DNA of 57,452 bases, from the NCBI GenBank assembly GCA_040081755.1, contig JBEBFW010000001.1, forward strand, positions 1 through 57,452. The letters run 5' to 3'. Position numbers and translations under genes: made by a program. Every line of letters starts with the position of its first letter. Position 1 is the first letter of the stretch. Below the pieces are notes generated by a model. It did not search any database. It was not told the DNA's origin and was given only the letters and a program-made list of their open reading frames with translations. Shown here in pieces: positions 44,699 through 54,497 of the stretch. Source of the DNA: Parvularculaceae bacterium (GTDB taxonomy: Bacteria; Pseudomonadota; Alphaproteobacteria; Caulobacterales; Parvularculaceae).

Positions 44699-45415
44699 CT
44701 ACTTCACGTCAATGTTCGAGAACATGCCGCCGTTCTTCTCGACCTTTTCCGGCGAACCGGCGACGGAGATTTCTCCCATGCCGCTCACCGTCGCCTCGAC
44801 GGCTTCGCTGGCGTAGACGTCGGCGTCGCCGACGCCGGACACGGTCACTTCGACCGTCTTGCACTGGAGACCTTCCGCATCGAGATCGCCGACGCCCGAG
44901 ACGTCCGCCTCCAGCGCATCGCAGGTTCCCGCGATCTTCATATCGCCGACGCCGGAGATCTCAACCTTGAACGTCGCAGCGGCGACGCCCTCGATCTCGC
45001 CATCGACAACGCCCGAAGCCTCGACCGCGGTCAGCGACGGCAGGGACACCGTGGCCTTCACGCTGTCATGGCCGCGCCTGTGCTCGCCTTTCTGGCGCTT
45101 GCGCTGGTCGAGGATGAGCGCTCCCTCTTCGACGCTAGCCTCGACGCGGTCGAGGTCGTCCGCCTCGCCTGAAAGAACAATCGCGAAGGCCGGTCCGACT
45201 TTGACGTCAAGTTCAAAAACGCCCCGCACATCGATCTTGTCGAAGTCGCGCAGATCGAGCGTTCGCGATGATTTCTCGCCGTCATCGTCTTCATCGTCGT
45301 CCGAAGAAATGTTGAAGTGGCCGACGTCCCCGTCTCGCGAGGCATAGGCTATGGCGGCGGCGCCGATGGCGGCGGCCACGATCGCCCCGACGACCAGACC
45401 GATCAAGAATTTCAT
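44699..45415 (-). CDS. Head GIN domain (DUF2807) protein
   Basis: DFDKIDVRG; repeated SGVGD beta-solenoid motifs; GGGAGG RBS. Confidence 0.85.
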   Translation of the reverse strand: MKFLIGLVVGAIVAAAIGAAAIAYASRDGDVGHFNISSDDDEDDDGEKSSRTLDLRDFDKIDVRGVFELDVKVGPAFAIVLSGEADDLDRVEASVEEGALILDQRKRQKGEHRRGHDSVKATVSLPSLTAVEASGVVDGEIEGVAAATFKVEISGVGDMKIAGTCDALEADVSGVGDLDAEGLQCKTVEVTVSGVGDADVYASEAVEATVSGMGEISVAGSPEKVEKNGGMFSNIDVK

Positions 45416-45523
45416 GGGTCCCTCCCGACGTTTCCCAGCCAATATCTAACACCTCGGCGGGCCGATCCCAATGGCGCGAACGGCCGTCCGTCGCAGAAGC
45501 GGAGCGATCCGCCGCTGCAGCCG

Positions 45524-46039
45524 CTATTGAATGAGCCTCAGGCCGGGCGGCGCAGCAGCAGCGGAAAGGTCAGCCGCCCGCCAGAGGGGAATGATCCGGC
45601 GCCCGAAAAGCCATACAATGAGGACCCCCGGCAGGAGAAAGAGAAGCCGCGCCGGACTGTCAAAGCCCGGCGCCTCCCCGAGCATGGATAGCGTCAGGTA
45701 CTGCACTGCAAGCGCCGTCAGGTGAAAGGGCCAGATCTTGCGAACGCGATTCTTCTCAAGCAGCACATACATCGGCGCAAACACGGCGACGGCCGCCGCG
45801 AAAGCCAGGAGAAATACGAAGACGCCGAACAGAAGCGCTTCGAGCCCGGCGCGCAGAACTTCCGTGAGACCCAGCGCCGACTCGGCGACGAGCTGGCCGA
45901 CTCGCAGCAGCAGGGAAACACCCGCGCTGATCCCGCCGCCGACCAGCGCGGCAGCGATCATGTGCTCGAACGCCAGGGAAGCGCGAACCTCCCGCGCCAC
46001 GGCTTCCAGCTCGCCAGCCTGATCCCCAATCCGATCCAA
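45524..46039 (-). CDS. Hypothetical 4-TM membrane protein
   Basis: Four hydrophobic helices; follows the DUF1579 gene closely. Confidence 0.65.
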   Translation of the reverse strand: MDRIGDQAGELEAVAREVRASLAFEHMIAAALVGGGISAGVSLLLRVGQLVAESALGLTEVLRAGLEALLFGVFVFLLAFAAAVAVFAPMYVLLEKNRVRKIWPFHLTALAVQYLTLSMLGEAPGFDSPARLLFLLPGVLIVWLFGRRIIPLWRAADLSAAAAPPGLRLIQ

Positions 46040-46041
46040 GG

Positions 46042-46494
46042 TCAGACTTTCCGGTATTCGCCATCCATCATGGCGTTCCAGGTCTTGCCGTCCTGCGAGC
46101 CTTCCATGCGGAACTGGTAACTCGCCCCGCTGAACTCAAATGTCGCGCGTGTCCACCCCATTGGCGATTTGGACGTGAACACCGCCCTCTTGCCGTCAAA
46201 AGGCCCGTCGAACAGCGACGGCGAAAAGGGATCGAACCAGTGCATCTGATAATCGTCCCCATGCGGAGCTTTGAGGATCACCGCATGTCCGCAAAACGCT
46301 GCCTTGCCGTCCGCCATTTGCGCGTAGTCCTGGATGATCGCCATGCCGTCGAGCGCCAGGCGGTTCGAGACGCTCGCATCGCGGACGCCGCCTTCCGGCA
46401 TCCACGGCGATGGGTGCATCGTCTCCTTGCCGCGCCATTCGCCGATGAACGCCTTTAGTTTTTCCTGCGCGGGCCCGGGTTTCGGCATGTCCAT
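46042..46494 (-). CDS. DUF1579-like protein
   Basis: MPKPGPAQEKLKAFIGEW.G...WFD...SQDGKTW..MMDGEYRK; AGGAGG RBS. Confidence 0.75.
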   Translation of the reverse strand: MDMPKPGPAQEKLKAFIGEWRGKETMHPSPWMPEGGVRDASVSNRLALDGMAIIQDYAQMADGKAAFCGHAVILKAPHGDDYQMHWFDPFSPSLFDGPFDGKRAVFTSKSPMGWTRATFEFSGASYQFRMEGSQDGKTWNAMMDGEYRKV

Positions 46495-46737
46495 GATCGC
46501 CTCCTCTATCGAAGCCGCCATTGTGCTCCTCGCCGGCGGCCGAAGCGAACGTCCTATTCAGCCGCCAATTCGGGAGCGACGTTGCGGGGCGTCGGGAGAT
46601 CATCGCCAGCATCGGAAAAAAAAGCTCGTCATAGGGAAGCGTCCCGCCGACGGGGTCAGAGGGCGCGCTGACGATCGTCCGGTCCTCGCGCGCCTCGCCG
46701 GGGGAAAGGAGGCGCGGCGCGCCATTTGCGCCGCGTC

Positions 46738-46753
46738 TGGCACGTCGCTTGCT
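46738..46753 (+). promoter_or_regulatory. sigma54 promoter upstream of bactofilin
   Basis: TGGCACG-tcgc-TTGCT, full consensus match. Confidence 0.7.
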
Positions 46754-46923
46754 CGGCGAGGTCGTTGGCAGCCCAAATCGGGCTTCGCCTAGCAGCTTAA
46801 CGAGGGACCATGAGTACGGCATTCGGCGGCCGATTTGGCAGTCAGCCCAACGCGGCCCCGGAAATTCAATGCGGGGGAGGAGTTGGTTCCCTTAACGATG
46901 AAACAGAGAGAGGCGCGACACCT

Positions 46924-47286
46924 ATGGAAACCCGAACCATTCTTGCAGCCGGATGCAGTTTCGAAGGCAAACTCAAGTGCCGCGGCGGCGCTCGAATCGA
47001 TGGCGATTTCCAGGGCGAAATCCTGGCGGACGACATTCTGATCGTCGGCAAGGACTCGACGATCATCGCCGATCTCAACGTCCCCGAACTCAATGCCAGC
47101 GGGATCGTCAAAGGGAACGTCGTCGCGGTCAAGCGGGTCGTGCTGTCTCCGACAGCCCATATCCAGGGCGACCTCAGAACGCCGAGCCTCACCATCCAGG
47201 AAGGCGCCCGGATCAAGGGCAATATTGACGTCGGTCCAGTTCGCGACGCTTCGGACGACCCTGGTGCGGCGGAGGACGGCGTCTAA
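46924..47286 (+). CDS. Bactofilin (polymer-forming cytoskeletal protein); alternative start 46810
   Basis: TILAAGCSFEGKL..ARIDGDFQGEI..LIVGK..IQGDLRTPSLTIQEGARIKG. Confidence 0.88.
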   Translation: METRTILAAGCSFEGKLKCRGGARIDGDFQGEILADDILIVGKDSTIIADLNVPELNASGIVKGNVVAVKRVVLSPTAHIQGDLRTPSLTIQEGARIKGNIDVGPVRDASDDPGAAEDGV

Positions 47287-47342
47287 TATAAGTCCCGGCT
47301 CTATCCCACGTCACTCTAAAGATCTTCGCGGATCGTGTGCGC

Positions 47343-47526
47343 GGCCATCCTTCGAGACGCGCGCCCATTGTTGCGCCTACGGAGCAAGCGGCGAGGCGCG
47401 CTCCTCAGGATGAGGCTGAGTATTTGCGGTTGAATGCCAACAACACAGACAGTCCTCATCCTGAGGAGCGCGCTTTTCCTCTCGCTCCGACGACGCCCCA
47501 ATGCGCGCGCGTCGCGAAGGATGGCC
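47343..47526. repeat. Inverted pair of alphaproteobacterial REP-like palindromic elements
   Basis: GGCCATCCTTCGAGACGCGCGC..GCGCGCTCCTCAGGATGAGG / CCTCATCCTGAGGAGCGCGC..GCGCGCGTCGCGAAGGATGGCC. Confidence 0.85.
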
Positions 47527-47593
47527 CGGAACTCCGTTGGTGCGAAAATTCCATGATGAGGCGGTCCTGATCGCGCGCAATACGTCCTTGCGG

Positions 47594-49678
47594 CTATTCC
47601 GCCGCCAGGCTGCTCGCCGTCGATGCGTGCGCTGAACATTCCGCCATCGTCTTCGATGCGCGGGCGATCGGATTGGTGAAATAGTAGTCGCGGACCGGCG
47701 AACGGAACGGCGTTGGACGAGTAATTCCCTTGACGCCGAGTTTCGCGAGGTCGAGCGGCGCGGCGCCCGACGGTCCCTGATTGAGGCGGCCAAGCACAGG
47801 CGCGTCGATAATCATCGCCTGGCGCAGCGCGAAGAGGTCGTCGTAAGGAAGCGTCTTGCCGATACGATCCGAAAGCGCGCGGATGATCGCCCAGTCCTCC
47901 CGCGCCTCGCCCGGCGGGAAGGTCGCTCGCTGCGCCATCTGCGCGCGTCCCTCCGTATTGGCGTAGACGCCGCTCTGCTCGACATAGGCCGCGCCCGGGA
48001 AGATCACATTGGCGGCCGCGGCGCCGACATCGCCATGGCTGCCTTGATAGACGACAAAGGCGCTTTTCAGTTTCGACGTATCGAATTCATCGCAACCTAG
48101 ATTGTAGACCAGCCGAATGTCATCCGCTTCAGCGGACGCCAAAATGCCGGCGAAATCGAGGCCGCCGGCCTTCGGAAGGAACTTGAGGTCAAGCGCGGCG
48201 ACGCGCGACGCCGCGCAATGGAGAATATTGAAGCCGTTCCAGCCCGGCTTCACCGCCCCGACGGCGGCCGCGACAGCGGCGATCTCGGCAAGGATTGCGG
48301 CGCCGTCGGCGCGGGCGATTGCGCCCATGCCGACGATGATCATCGGGCGGTCGGCGCCGATCAGGAAATCGCCGGCGGCGGCGAGCGATTCCGGGCCCGC
48401 GCCGAGATGCTGATAGTCATAGGTGAGCGCGCTTTTCTCGCCGATGACGGCGATCCTGGCGTTCGGATTGGCGAGCCATGTCTTTCGGATGCGCGCGTTG
48501 ACGAGCGGCGCCTCGGTGCGCGGATTTGTTCCGACAAGCAGGATTCTGTCGGCGCGTTCGACGCCGGCGATGCCGGAATTGAAGAGATAAGCCTCGCGCG
48601 GACCGCCGCCAAGCCGGCCGCCGTCCTGGCGGCAATCCGTATGCGGACTCTCGATCGCCGCCATCAAATCCTTCAGGGCCTTGACGGCCTCGGCGGGAAC
48701 GAGGTCGCCGACGATAGCGCCTATGCGCTTGACCGGAGTCGCTTCGATCTTCCCGGCGACAAGCGCCAACGCCTCGCCCCAGCGGGCGGCGCGCAGCTTG
48801 CCGTTCTCGCGAATGAAAGGCTGGTCGAGGCGTTGGCGCCTCAGCCCGTCCCAGACGAAGCGCGACTTGTCGGCGATCCATTCCTCGTTCACCGCGTCAT
48901 TCGCGCGCGGGAGGATGCGCATCACATCTCGGCCGCGCGCATCGACCCGGATGTTCGAACCGACGGCGTCCATCACGTCGATCGTCTCGGTCTTGCTGAG
49001 CTCCCATGGCCGGGCATTGAATGCGTAAGGACGCGAGGTGAGCGCCCCCACGGGGCATACGTCGATGAGGTTGCCGGTGAGTTCGCTCTCGACGGCCTTT
49101 TGCAGATAAGTCGTGATCTCGGCGCTCTCGCCGCGATTGATGAGCCCGAGATCATCGACGCCGGCGATCTCGGTCGCAAAGCGAACGCAGCGCGTGCACT
49201 GGATGCAGCGCGTCATGAACGTCTTGATCAGCGGGCCCATGTGCTTTTCTTCGACGACGCGCTTGTTCTCCTGATAGCGCGAATCATCGCGGCCGTAGCC
49301 GACAGCCTGGTCCTGAAGGTCGCACTCGCCGCCCTGGTCGCAGATCGGGCAGTCGAGCGGATGGTTGATCAGGAGGAACTCCATCACGCCTTCGCGGGCC
49401 TTCTTCACCATCGGCGTGTTGGTGAACAATTCCGGCGTCTCGCCATTGGGCCCCGCACGGAGGTCGCGAACGTTCTGTGCGCAGGAGGCGACAGGTTTCG
49501 GCGGGCCGCCCTTCACCTCGATAAGGCACATGCGGCAATTGCCGGCGACCGAAAGCCGCTCGTGATAACAAAAGCGGGGAATCTCTTCGCCCGCGGCCTC
49601 GCAAGCCTGCAGAAGAGTGAGGTTGGCGGCGACCTCGATCTCGCGGCCGTTCACCTTCACCTTGCGTACATCTGACAT
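47594..49678 (-). CDS. nuoG: NADH-quinone oxidoreductase subunit G
   Basis: IPRFCYH, AGNCRMC, NHPLDCPICDQGGECDLQD, RCIQCTRC, CPVGAL. Confidence 0.98.
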   Translation of the reverse strand: MSDVRKVKVNGREIEVAANLTLLQACEAAGEEIPRFCYHERLSVAGNCRMCLIEVKGGPPKPVASCAQNVRDLRAGPNGETPELFTNTPMVKKAREGVMEFLLINHPLDCPICDQGGECDLQDQAVGYGRDDSRYQENKRVVEEKHMGPLIKTFMTRCIQCTRCVRFATEIAGVDDLGLINRGESAEITTYLQKAVESELTGNLIDVCPVGALTSRPYAFNARPWELSKTETIDVMDAVGSNIRVDARGRDVMRILPRANDAVNEEWIADKSRFVWDGLRRQRLDQPFIRENGKLRAARWGEALALVAGKIEATPVKRIGAIVGDLVPAEAVKALKDLMAAIESPHTDCRQDGGRLGGGPREAYLFNSGIAGVERADRILLVGTNPRTEAPLVNARIRKTWLANPNARIAVIGEKSALTYDYQHLGAGPESLAAAGDFLIGADRPMIIVGMGAIARADGAAILAEIAAVAAAVGAVKPGWNGFNILHCAASRVAALDLKFLPKAGGLDFAGILASAEADDIRLVYNLGCDEFDTSKLKSAFVVYQGSHGDVGAAAANVIFPGAAYVEQSGVYANTEGRAQMAQRATFPPGEAREDWAIIRALSDRIGKTLPYDDLFALRQAMIIDAPVLGRLNQGPSGAAPLDLAKLGVKGITRPTPFRSPVRDYYFTNPIARASKTMAECSAHASTASSLAAE

Positions 49679-49819
49679 GGTCGGGCCCTCGCGGAATGTT
49701 CGCGTATTTAGGTGGGTTTTCGCGGGCTGGCTAGGTCGCGGCGACAGCATCAAACGGTTGAACCGGTTTGACTTTTCATAGTCCGTTGGGGTCGCAGCGG
49801 ACGGCATAAATTTGAGGGA

Positions 49820-49895
49820 TGGTGCCCAGGGCCGGAATTGAACCAGCGACACGCGGATTTTCAATCCGCTGCTCTACCAACTGAGCTACCTGGGC
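49820..49895 (-). tRNA. tRNA-Phe (GAA)
   Basis: GCCCAGGTAGCTCAGTTGGTAGAGCAGCGGATTGAAAATCCGCGTGTCGCTGGTTCAATTCCGGCCCTGGGCACCA; 76 nt with encoded CCA. Confidence 0.97.
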
Positions 49896-49986
49896 CCGCG
49901 GCCCCGCACCAAAATCAAGGGCGGGCGACAGGATTGTTGCTTTCCAGTGGACGCGCCGTCTCACTTCTGACGCGCCGGAGCGGGGC

Positions 49987-50015
49987 TTATAGACGCGGCT
50001 TCTCGGCCTGTCCAT
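49987..50015 (-). promoter_or_regulatory. sigma70 promoter for tRNA-Phe (possibly also nuoG)
   Basis: Minus strand ATGGAC-N17-CTATAA. Confidence 0.55.
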
Positions 50016-50176
50016 AATTCGCGTGTCGATGCAAATCAGGGCTATTCCGGCCGTCTCCGTGGCGGGAGCCGCTCGGATGGCGTTGCGACCACAAGCCCGG
50101 TTGCCGGAATGCCGGCGCCCTTTATGAGGCTCGTTGGTCGCCTTGGTTTTGCGCGGCGGGGCGGGACGGAGCGCGG

Positions 50177-51391
50177 ATGGATTACGAGAGTTTCTTCAGG
50201 GACCGGATCGAGGCTCTCAAGGGCGAGGGCAATTACCGCGTGTTCGCTGACCTCGAGCGGCGCGCCGGCGCGTTTCCGGCGGCGGCCAATTTCGGCGCGC
50301 TCGGACCCAAAGACGTCACGGTCTGGTGCTCGAACGATTATCTCGGCATGGGCCAGCACCCTCAGGTGCTTGCCGCCATGCGCGACGCCCTCGAGAGATG
50401 CGGGGCCGGGGCCGGCGGCACGCGGAACATCGCCGGCACCAACCATTATCATGTTCTGCTCGAAGCAGAACTCGCCGACCTTCACGGCAAGGAGGCCGCC
50501 CTTCTCTTCACGTCCGGCTATGTGGCGAACTGGACGGCGCTTTCAACGCTCGCCGCCCGGATGCCCGGGTGCGTCGTCTTTTCGGACGCACAGAACCACG
50601 CCTCGATGATCGAGGGCATCCGACATTCCAAAGCCGAGCGCCGGGTATTCAGGCACAACGACGCGGCCGACCTCGACCGGCAGCTCCGGGAATTGCCTGT
50701 GGGAACGCCGCGGATCGTTGCGTTCGAGTCGCTCTACTCCATGGACGGCGACATCGCGCCGATCGCGGCGATCCTCGACGTCGCGGAGAAACACGGCGCC
50801 CTCACCTATCTCGATGAAGTGCACGCTGTCGGTCTTTACGGCCCGCGAGGCGGGGGAATCGCCGAACGCGAGGGCCTGATGGCCCGCATCGACGCGATCA
50901 ACGGCACGCTCGCAAAGGCCTATGGCGTCATCGGCGGCTATGTCGCGGCGTCGGCGGCGTTGATCGATTTCGTCCGCAGCTTCGGCTCGGGGTTCATTTT
51001 CACGACGGCCCTGCCCCCGCACATCGCCGCGGGCGCGCTCGCCTCCGTGCGGCTCCTCAAGACGAGCGGCGCCGAGCGAGCGCTGCATGCAGTCCGGGTC
51101 AACGAAGTCCGCGCGCGCCTCAAGGCCATCGGCATACCGATCATCGACAACACCTCGCATATCGTGCCGGTGATGGTGAAGGATCCGGTGAAATGCAAAT
51201 GGATCTCCGACTGGCTGATGGCCAATCACGGGATCTATGTGCAGCCGATCAACTATCCGACCGTGCCGAAGGGAACGGAACGGCTGCGGATCACGCCTTC
51301 GCCGGTCCATACCCCGGACGACATCGACCGGCTGGTGCGCGCGCTTTCGGAAATCTGGTCGCAATGCGCGCTGGCGCGGCAGGTCGCGTAG
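50177..51391 (+). CDS. hemA: 5-aminolevulinate synthase
   Basis: [61 protein letters not shown]. Confidence 0.97.
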   Translation: MDYESFFRDRIEALKGEGNYRVFADLERRAGAFPAAANFGALGPKDVTVWCSNDYLGMGQHPQVLAAMRDALERCGAGAGGTRNIAGTNHYHVLLEAELADLHGKEAALLFTSGYVANWTALSTLAARMPGCVVFSDAQNHASMIEGIRHSKAERRVFRHNDAADLDRQLRELPVGTPRIVAFESLYSMDGDIAPIAAILDVAEKHGALTYLDEVHAVGLYGPRGGGIAEREGLMARIDAINGTLAKAYGVIGGYVAASAALIDFVRSFGSGFIFTTALPPHIAAGALASVRLLKTSGAERALHAVRVNEVRARLKAIGIPIIDNTSHIVPVMVKDPVKCKWISDWLMANHGIYVQPINYPTVPKGTERLRITPSPVHTPDDIDRLVRALSEIWSQCALARQVA

Positions 51392-51395
51392 GATT

Positions 51396-52472
51396 TTAGA
51401 CCGAGATGACGAGGCCGCGATCCGGCGGCGTCGAGCCGGCGAGCGCTTCGAGATAGGCGGGCCCGATCGCCTCGAATCCGGCGCGCCGGTCGAAGGTGAG
51501 CCACGAGACGCTTTTGGCCGCCGCATCTTTCCAGAACTCGAACGCCTTGCGTTCGAAGACGCCGGGGCCCCAATCGGCGCTGCGCTTTTGAATATGGCCC
51601 GGCGCAAAGAACATGGCGCTCCGCTCCTTGATGAAGCCGGGGCCCATGCCGGCGGCTTCATAATGCGTAACGCCGACATTCGACGTGTAGCGCATGTTAT
51701 CGCCGAGAAGCGTGTGAAGCCTCGACAGCACCTTGCCGTCGCCGGACATGTCGATGATGACCGTCTTGCGCGCTATGTCGATCGCCGACATTTCGTCATA
51801 GGTCACCACGTCATCATAGAGCCTCAGGGACTTCACCCGCTCCGCATTGCGGGCCGAGGTGAGGCCGACCCGGCGCGGCGAGGCGCGGTCCGCCTTCAGC
51901 GCATAGGCGAGCCCGATCGCCGTCTTGGACGAGGCGCTGACGATGAGCGCCTGCTCTGCGCCGAACCATTTGTTGTCGATGAGAAAATCGAAGAGACAGA
52001 ACGACGTCGCATAGAGCGGAAACAGCAGCATCCGCAGATCTTCCATCGCCGGATCGAAATGCGCCTCCGCCCTCACCCGCGCGTAACTATTGTAGACCGT
52101 CGGCAGGTCCGACCGGTGCGCCGAGACATCGAGGAGCCTCTCCTTCGCGACCTTGCCCGGTTTGAGCACGAGATGCGTCGCCATCGGGAAGTAGCCGTAG
52201 AGGCGCTCGCCCGGCTCGATGTCGGGACTTGCCGACTCAACGACGTCGGCGAAGCCCCATACCGGAATGATCCCAAAGCCGTCATCCGCCGGAAAAAACT
52301 TCCAGTAACCGATCCGCTCGCCGACCACGCCATAGGTGATGTTGTTGGCGGTGAGCGCGAAGCGATCGACCCGCGCCAGCACCTCGCCCGGCTGAAGCGC
52401 CGGAGCGGGACGCCGCACGGTCCGCGTTTTCGACAGGCTGTTTTTGGCGACCTGGAATTCCTCTATCATCAT
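51396..52472 (-). CDS. DUF2855 family protein
   Basis: FALTANNITY..YWKFFP..IPVWGFA..GYFPMA..PLYATSF..SASSKTA..FFAP. Confidence 0.85.
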   Translation of the reverse strand: MMIEEFQVAKNSLSKTRTVRRPAPALQPGEVLARVDRFALTANNITYGVVGERIGYWKFFPADDGFGIIPVWGFADVVESASPDIEPGERLYGYFPMATHLVLKPGKVAKERLLDVSAHRSDLPTVYNSYARVRAEAHFDPAMEDLRMLLFPLYATSFCLFDFLIDNKWFGAEQALIVSASSKTAIGLAYALKADRASPRRVGLTSARNAERVKSLRLYDDVVTYDEMSAIDIARKTVIIDMSGDGKVLSRLHTLLGDNMRYTSNVGVTHYEAAGMGPGFIKERSAMFFAPGHIQKRSADWGPGVFERKAFEFWKDAAAKSVSWLTFDRRAGFEAIGPAYLEALAGSTPPDRGLVISV

Positions 52473-52537
52473 CGCGGTCTCTCCTTCGCAGCGATCTCCG
52501 GCCGCCCTTATAGCCGCCGCTCGCCCTTTCGGTGCAA

Positions 52538-53320
52538 ATGATGCAGTTGCCGCTGCAAGTCAGGCTGAAGCTTTTGCGGCAGAGAGCGCTCGCCGCACTC
52601 CGCATCGGCGGCAATCGGCCCGTGAGGATACTGGAAACAGCAGGCGGCCTTGCCATCGAAGTCGATGGCCGGCGCATCCGCGTCCCCTCGCCGTTGCGCT
52701 GGAAGCTTTATCGCCAGGGCTGGACGGCGCGGCTCGATCGTCTGGAGCGCGAGTATGGCGTGGGGCGGCATGTGCGGCTTCACCCCGGCGATCTTGTCCT
52801 CGATGTCGGCGCCAATGCGGGTGAATTCGCTTTCGTGGCGGAACGCTACGGCGCGCGCATTTTTTGCGTCGAGCCCGATCCCAGGGTTTTCGAGTGTCTG
52901 AAGGCGAACATCGCTGGCCTTTCGGGCGCGAGCGCCCATGACGCCGTCATCTGGAAGGAGGACGGCGTCATCGACTTCGGGCTTGCGCCCGATCGCGCCG
53001 ATTCATCGGTCTTTGTCGATGGCGCGCCGCGCATCGCCAGACCAGCCGTCACCATCTTGAGCTTCGCCCGCGACCACGGACTGGCGCATATCGATTTTCT
53101 GAAATGCGACGCGGAAGGCGCCGAGCCCGAAGTCCTCGCCGGCGCAGGCGCATTCCTCCAGAATGTGCGCGCGGCGGCGCTCGATACCGGCCCGGAACGC
53201 AACGGCGAAGCGACCGGCGTGGCCTGCGGTGAAATTCTCGCCCGCGCCGGCTTCAAGGTCATCCACGAAGAGATCGGCGGCAGGCGGATGACCTACGGGA
53301 TCAATCTGCGGGGCTTGTAG
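52538..53320 (+). CDS. FkbM family methyltransferase
   Basis: VLDVGANAG, VEPDP, IDFLKCDAEGAEPEVL. Confidence 0.85.
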   Translation: MMQLPLQVRLKLLRQRALAALRIGGNRPVRILETAGGLAIEVDGRRIRVPSPLRWKLYRQGWTARLDRLEREYGVGRHVRLHPGDLVLDVGANAGEFAFVAERYGARIFCVEPDPRVFECLKANIAGLSGASAHDAVIWKEDGVIDFGLAPDRADSSVFVDGAPRIARPAVTILSFARDHGLAHIDFLKCDAEGAEPEVLAGAGAFLQNVRAAALDTGPERNGEATGVACGEILARAGFKVIHEEIGGRRMTYGINLRGL

Positions 53321-53334
53321 AAACTGACGTCGCG

Positions 53335-53475
53335 TCAGGCGCGCTTGCCCTGCAGCGCCTCCCAGGCGCCGGCGATGATAGCGCCGGCCGCGAGGCCCCA
53401 GACAGCGCTGTCGAACAGACCCCATACGAGCGAGGACGCGGCGGCGAACAAAGCCGCATCGAGAAGATAGCGCAT
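53335..53475 (-). CDS. Small 2-TM membrane protein (46 aa)
   Basis: AGGAGGGAG RBS; MRYLLDAALFAAASSLVWGLFDSAVWGLAAGAIIAGAWEALQGKRA. Confidence 0.55.
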   Translation of the reverse strand: MRYLLDAALFAAASSLVWGLFDSAVWGLAAGAIIAGAWEALQGKRA

Positions 53476-53572
53476 CGGCGCACTCCCTCCTGAGGCGGAA
53501 AGATTAGCACAAGGGGAGAGCGCCAATCGTTAATGGAGCGCGTTGCTGCAGTGCAAAAATGCTGGCTCTGCT

Positions 53573-54112
53573 TCACCCGCTCTGCGGGCTGAGCTTCATG
53601 ATCCATTCGGGATCGGCGTGGTTCCCGACCATATAGGAATAGTCATGGATTTTGACGAACCCACGGCTGGCGTAGAGGCGCTGCGCGCGAAAATTCTCTT
53701 GATAGACGCTGAGATAGATGTGCGCGTAGTGCGCCCGCAGCCAGGCGAGCGCCTCGTCGAGCATCGCCTGCGCGAGACCCGTTCCCTTGGCGCTGTCGCG
53801 GAGATAGAGCCGCGCCAACTCGCCTGAATTCGCCGGCTTGTCCGGCACGGGAAGATCGCAGGGACCGGCGACGGAATAGGCGACAGCCTCCCCGTCTTTT
53901 TCGACGATCCACACCGCAAATGCCGGATCGGCGATGAGCGCCGCGTAGACCTCGGGCGCGTGGTTCTTCTTGAGGAAGAATTGCAGGTCATCGTCCTTGT
54001 AGAGATGACCGAAGGTCGCGACGAAGGTATCGACGGCGAGCGCGGAGAGAGCCCCGGCGTCCGGCGGCAGCGCGCGTCGCATCTCAACGCGGCTCATCTC
54101 AGCCTGACTCAT
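53573..54112 (-). CDS. GNAT family acetyltransferase
   Basis: TFVATFGHLY, ELARLYL..AKGTGLA, LSVYQENFRAQRLY..RGF. Confidence 0.88.
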   Translation of the reverse strand: MSQAEMSRVEMRRALPPDAGALSALAVDTFVATFGHLYKDDDLQFFLKKNHAPEVYAALIADPAFAVWIVEKDGEAVAYSVAGPCDLPVPDKPANSGELARLYLRDSAKGTGLAQAMLDEALAWLRAHYAHIYLSVYQENFRAQRLYASRGFVKIHDYSYMVGNHADPEWIMKLSPQSG

Positions 54113-54113
54113 C

Positions 54114-54494
54114 TCAGCGTGACTCAGGCGCGCTTGCCCGTGTTTCAACCGCCTCTTCGAGGAGCTTCAGCGCCTCGATCGCAGCTGGAAATCCCGCATA
54201 ATAGCCGAGCAGGAAGAAAAGCTCGCACAATTCGGCGCGGGTCCAGCCGACGTTGAGCGCGCCTTGCAGGTGAATGCGCATTTCCGCCGGCTTGTCGAGC
54301 GCGACCAGCGCCGCGACGACGCCGAGCGAGCGCGATTTGAGATCGAGGCCCGGCCGCGACCAGATTTCGCCGTAGATTTGCGCGACCGAGAGCTTGCCGA
54401 GGCCGTCGTCGTCGCCCTTGAGGCCGACGCTCATCGGTCGGCCGAAGAGGCGGTTCGCGGTTTCTTTCGCTTTTGCGAGGCGCTCGTCGGTCAT
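54114..54494 (-). CDS. Carboxymuconolactone decarboxylase family protein
   Basis: YGEIWSRPGLDLKSRSL, HLQGALNVG, YAGFPAA. Confidence 0.88.
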   Translation of the reverse strand: MTDERLAKAKETANRLFGRPMSVGLKGDDDGLGKLSVAQIYGEIWSRPGLDLKSRSLGVVAALVALDKPAEMRIHLQGALNVGWTRAELCELFFLLGYYAGFPAAIEALKLLEEAVETRASAPESR

Positions 54495-54497
54495 GGG

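Noticed and set aside
47343-47526. CRISPR array or IS element
   Set aside because: Only two inverted units; no repeat-spacer periodicity, cas gene or transposase
49679-49864. 62-aa N-terminal extension of NuoG in the ORF track
   Set aside because: Runs through tRNA-Phe; NuoG homology starts at ATG 49678
49820-49895. tRNA-Phe as an island attachment site
   Set aside because: No duplicated tRNA 3' end or integrase seen in the window
50026-50039. FNR/FixK box upstream of hemA (TCGAT-N4-ATCAG)
   Set aside because: Two mismatches at conserved positions; plausible but not supportable from sequence alone
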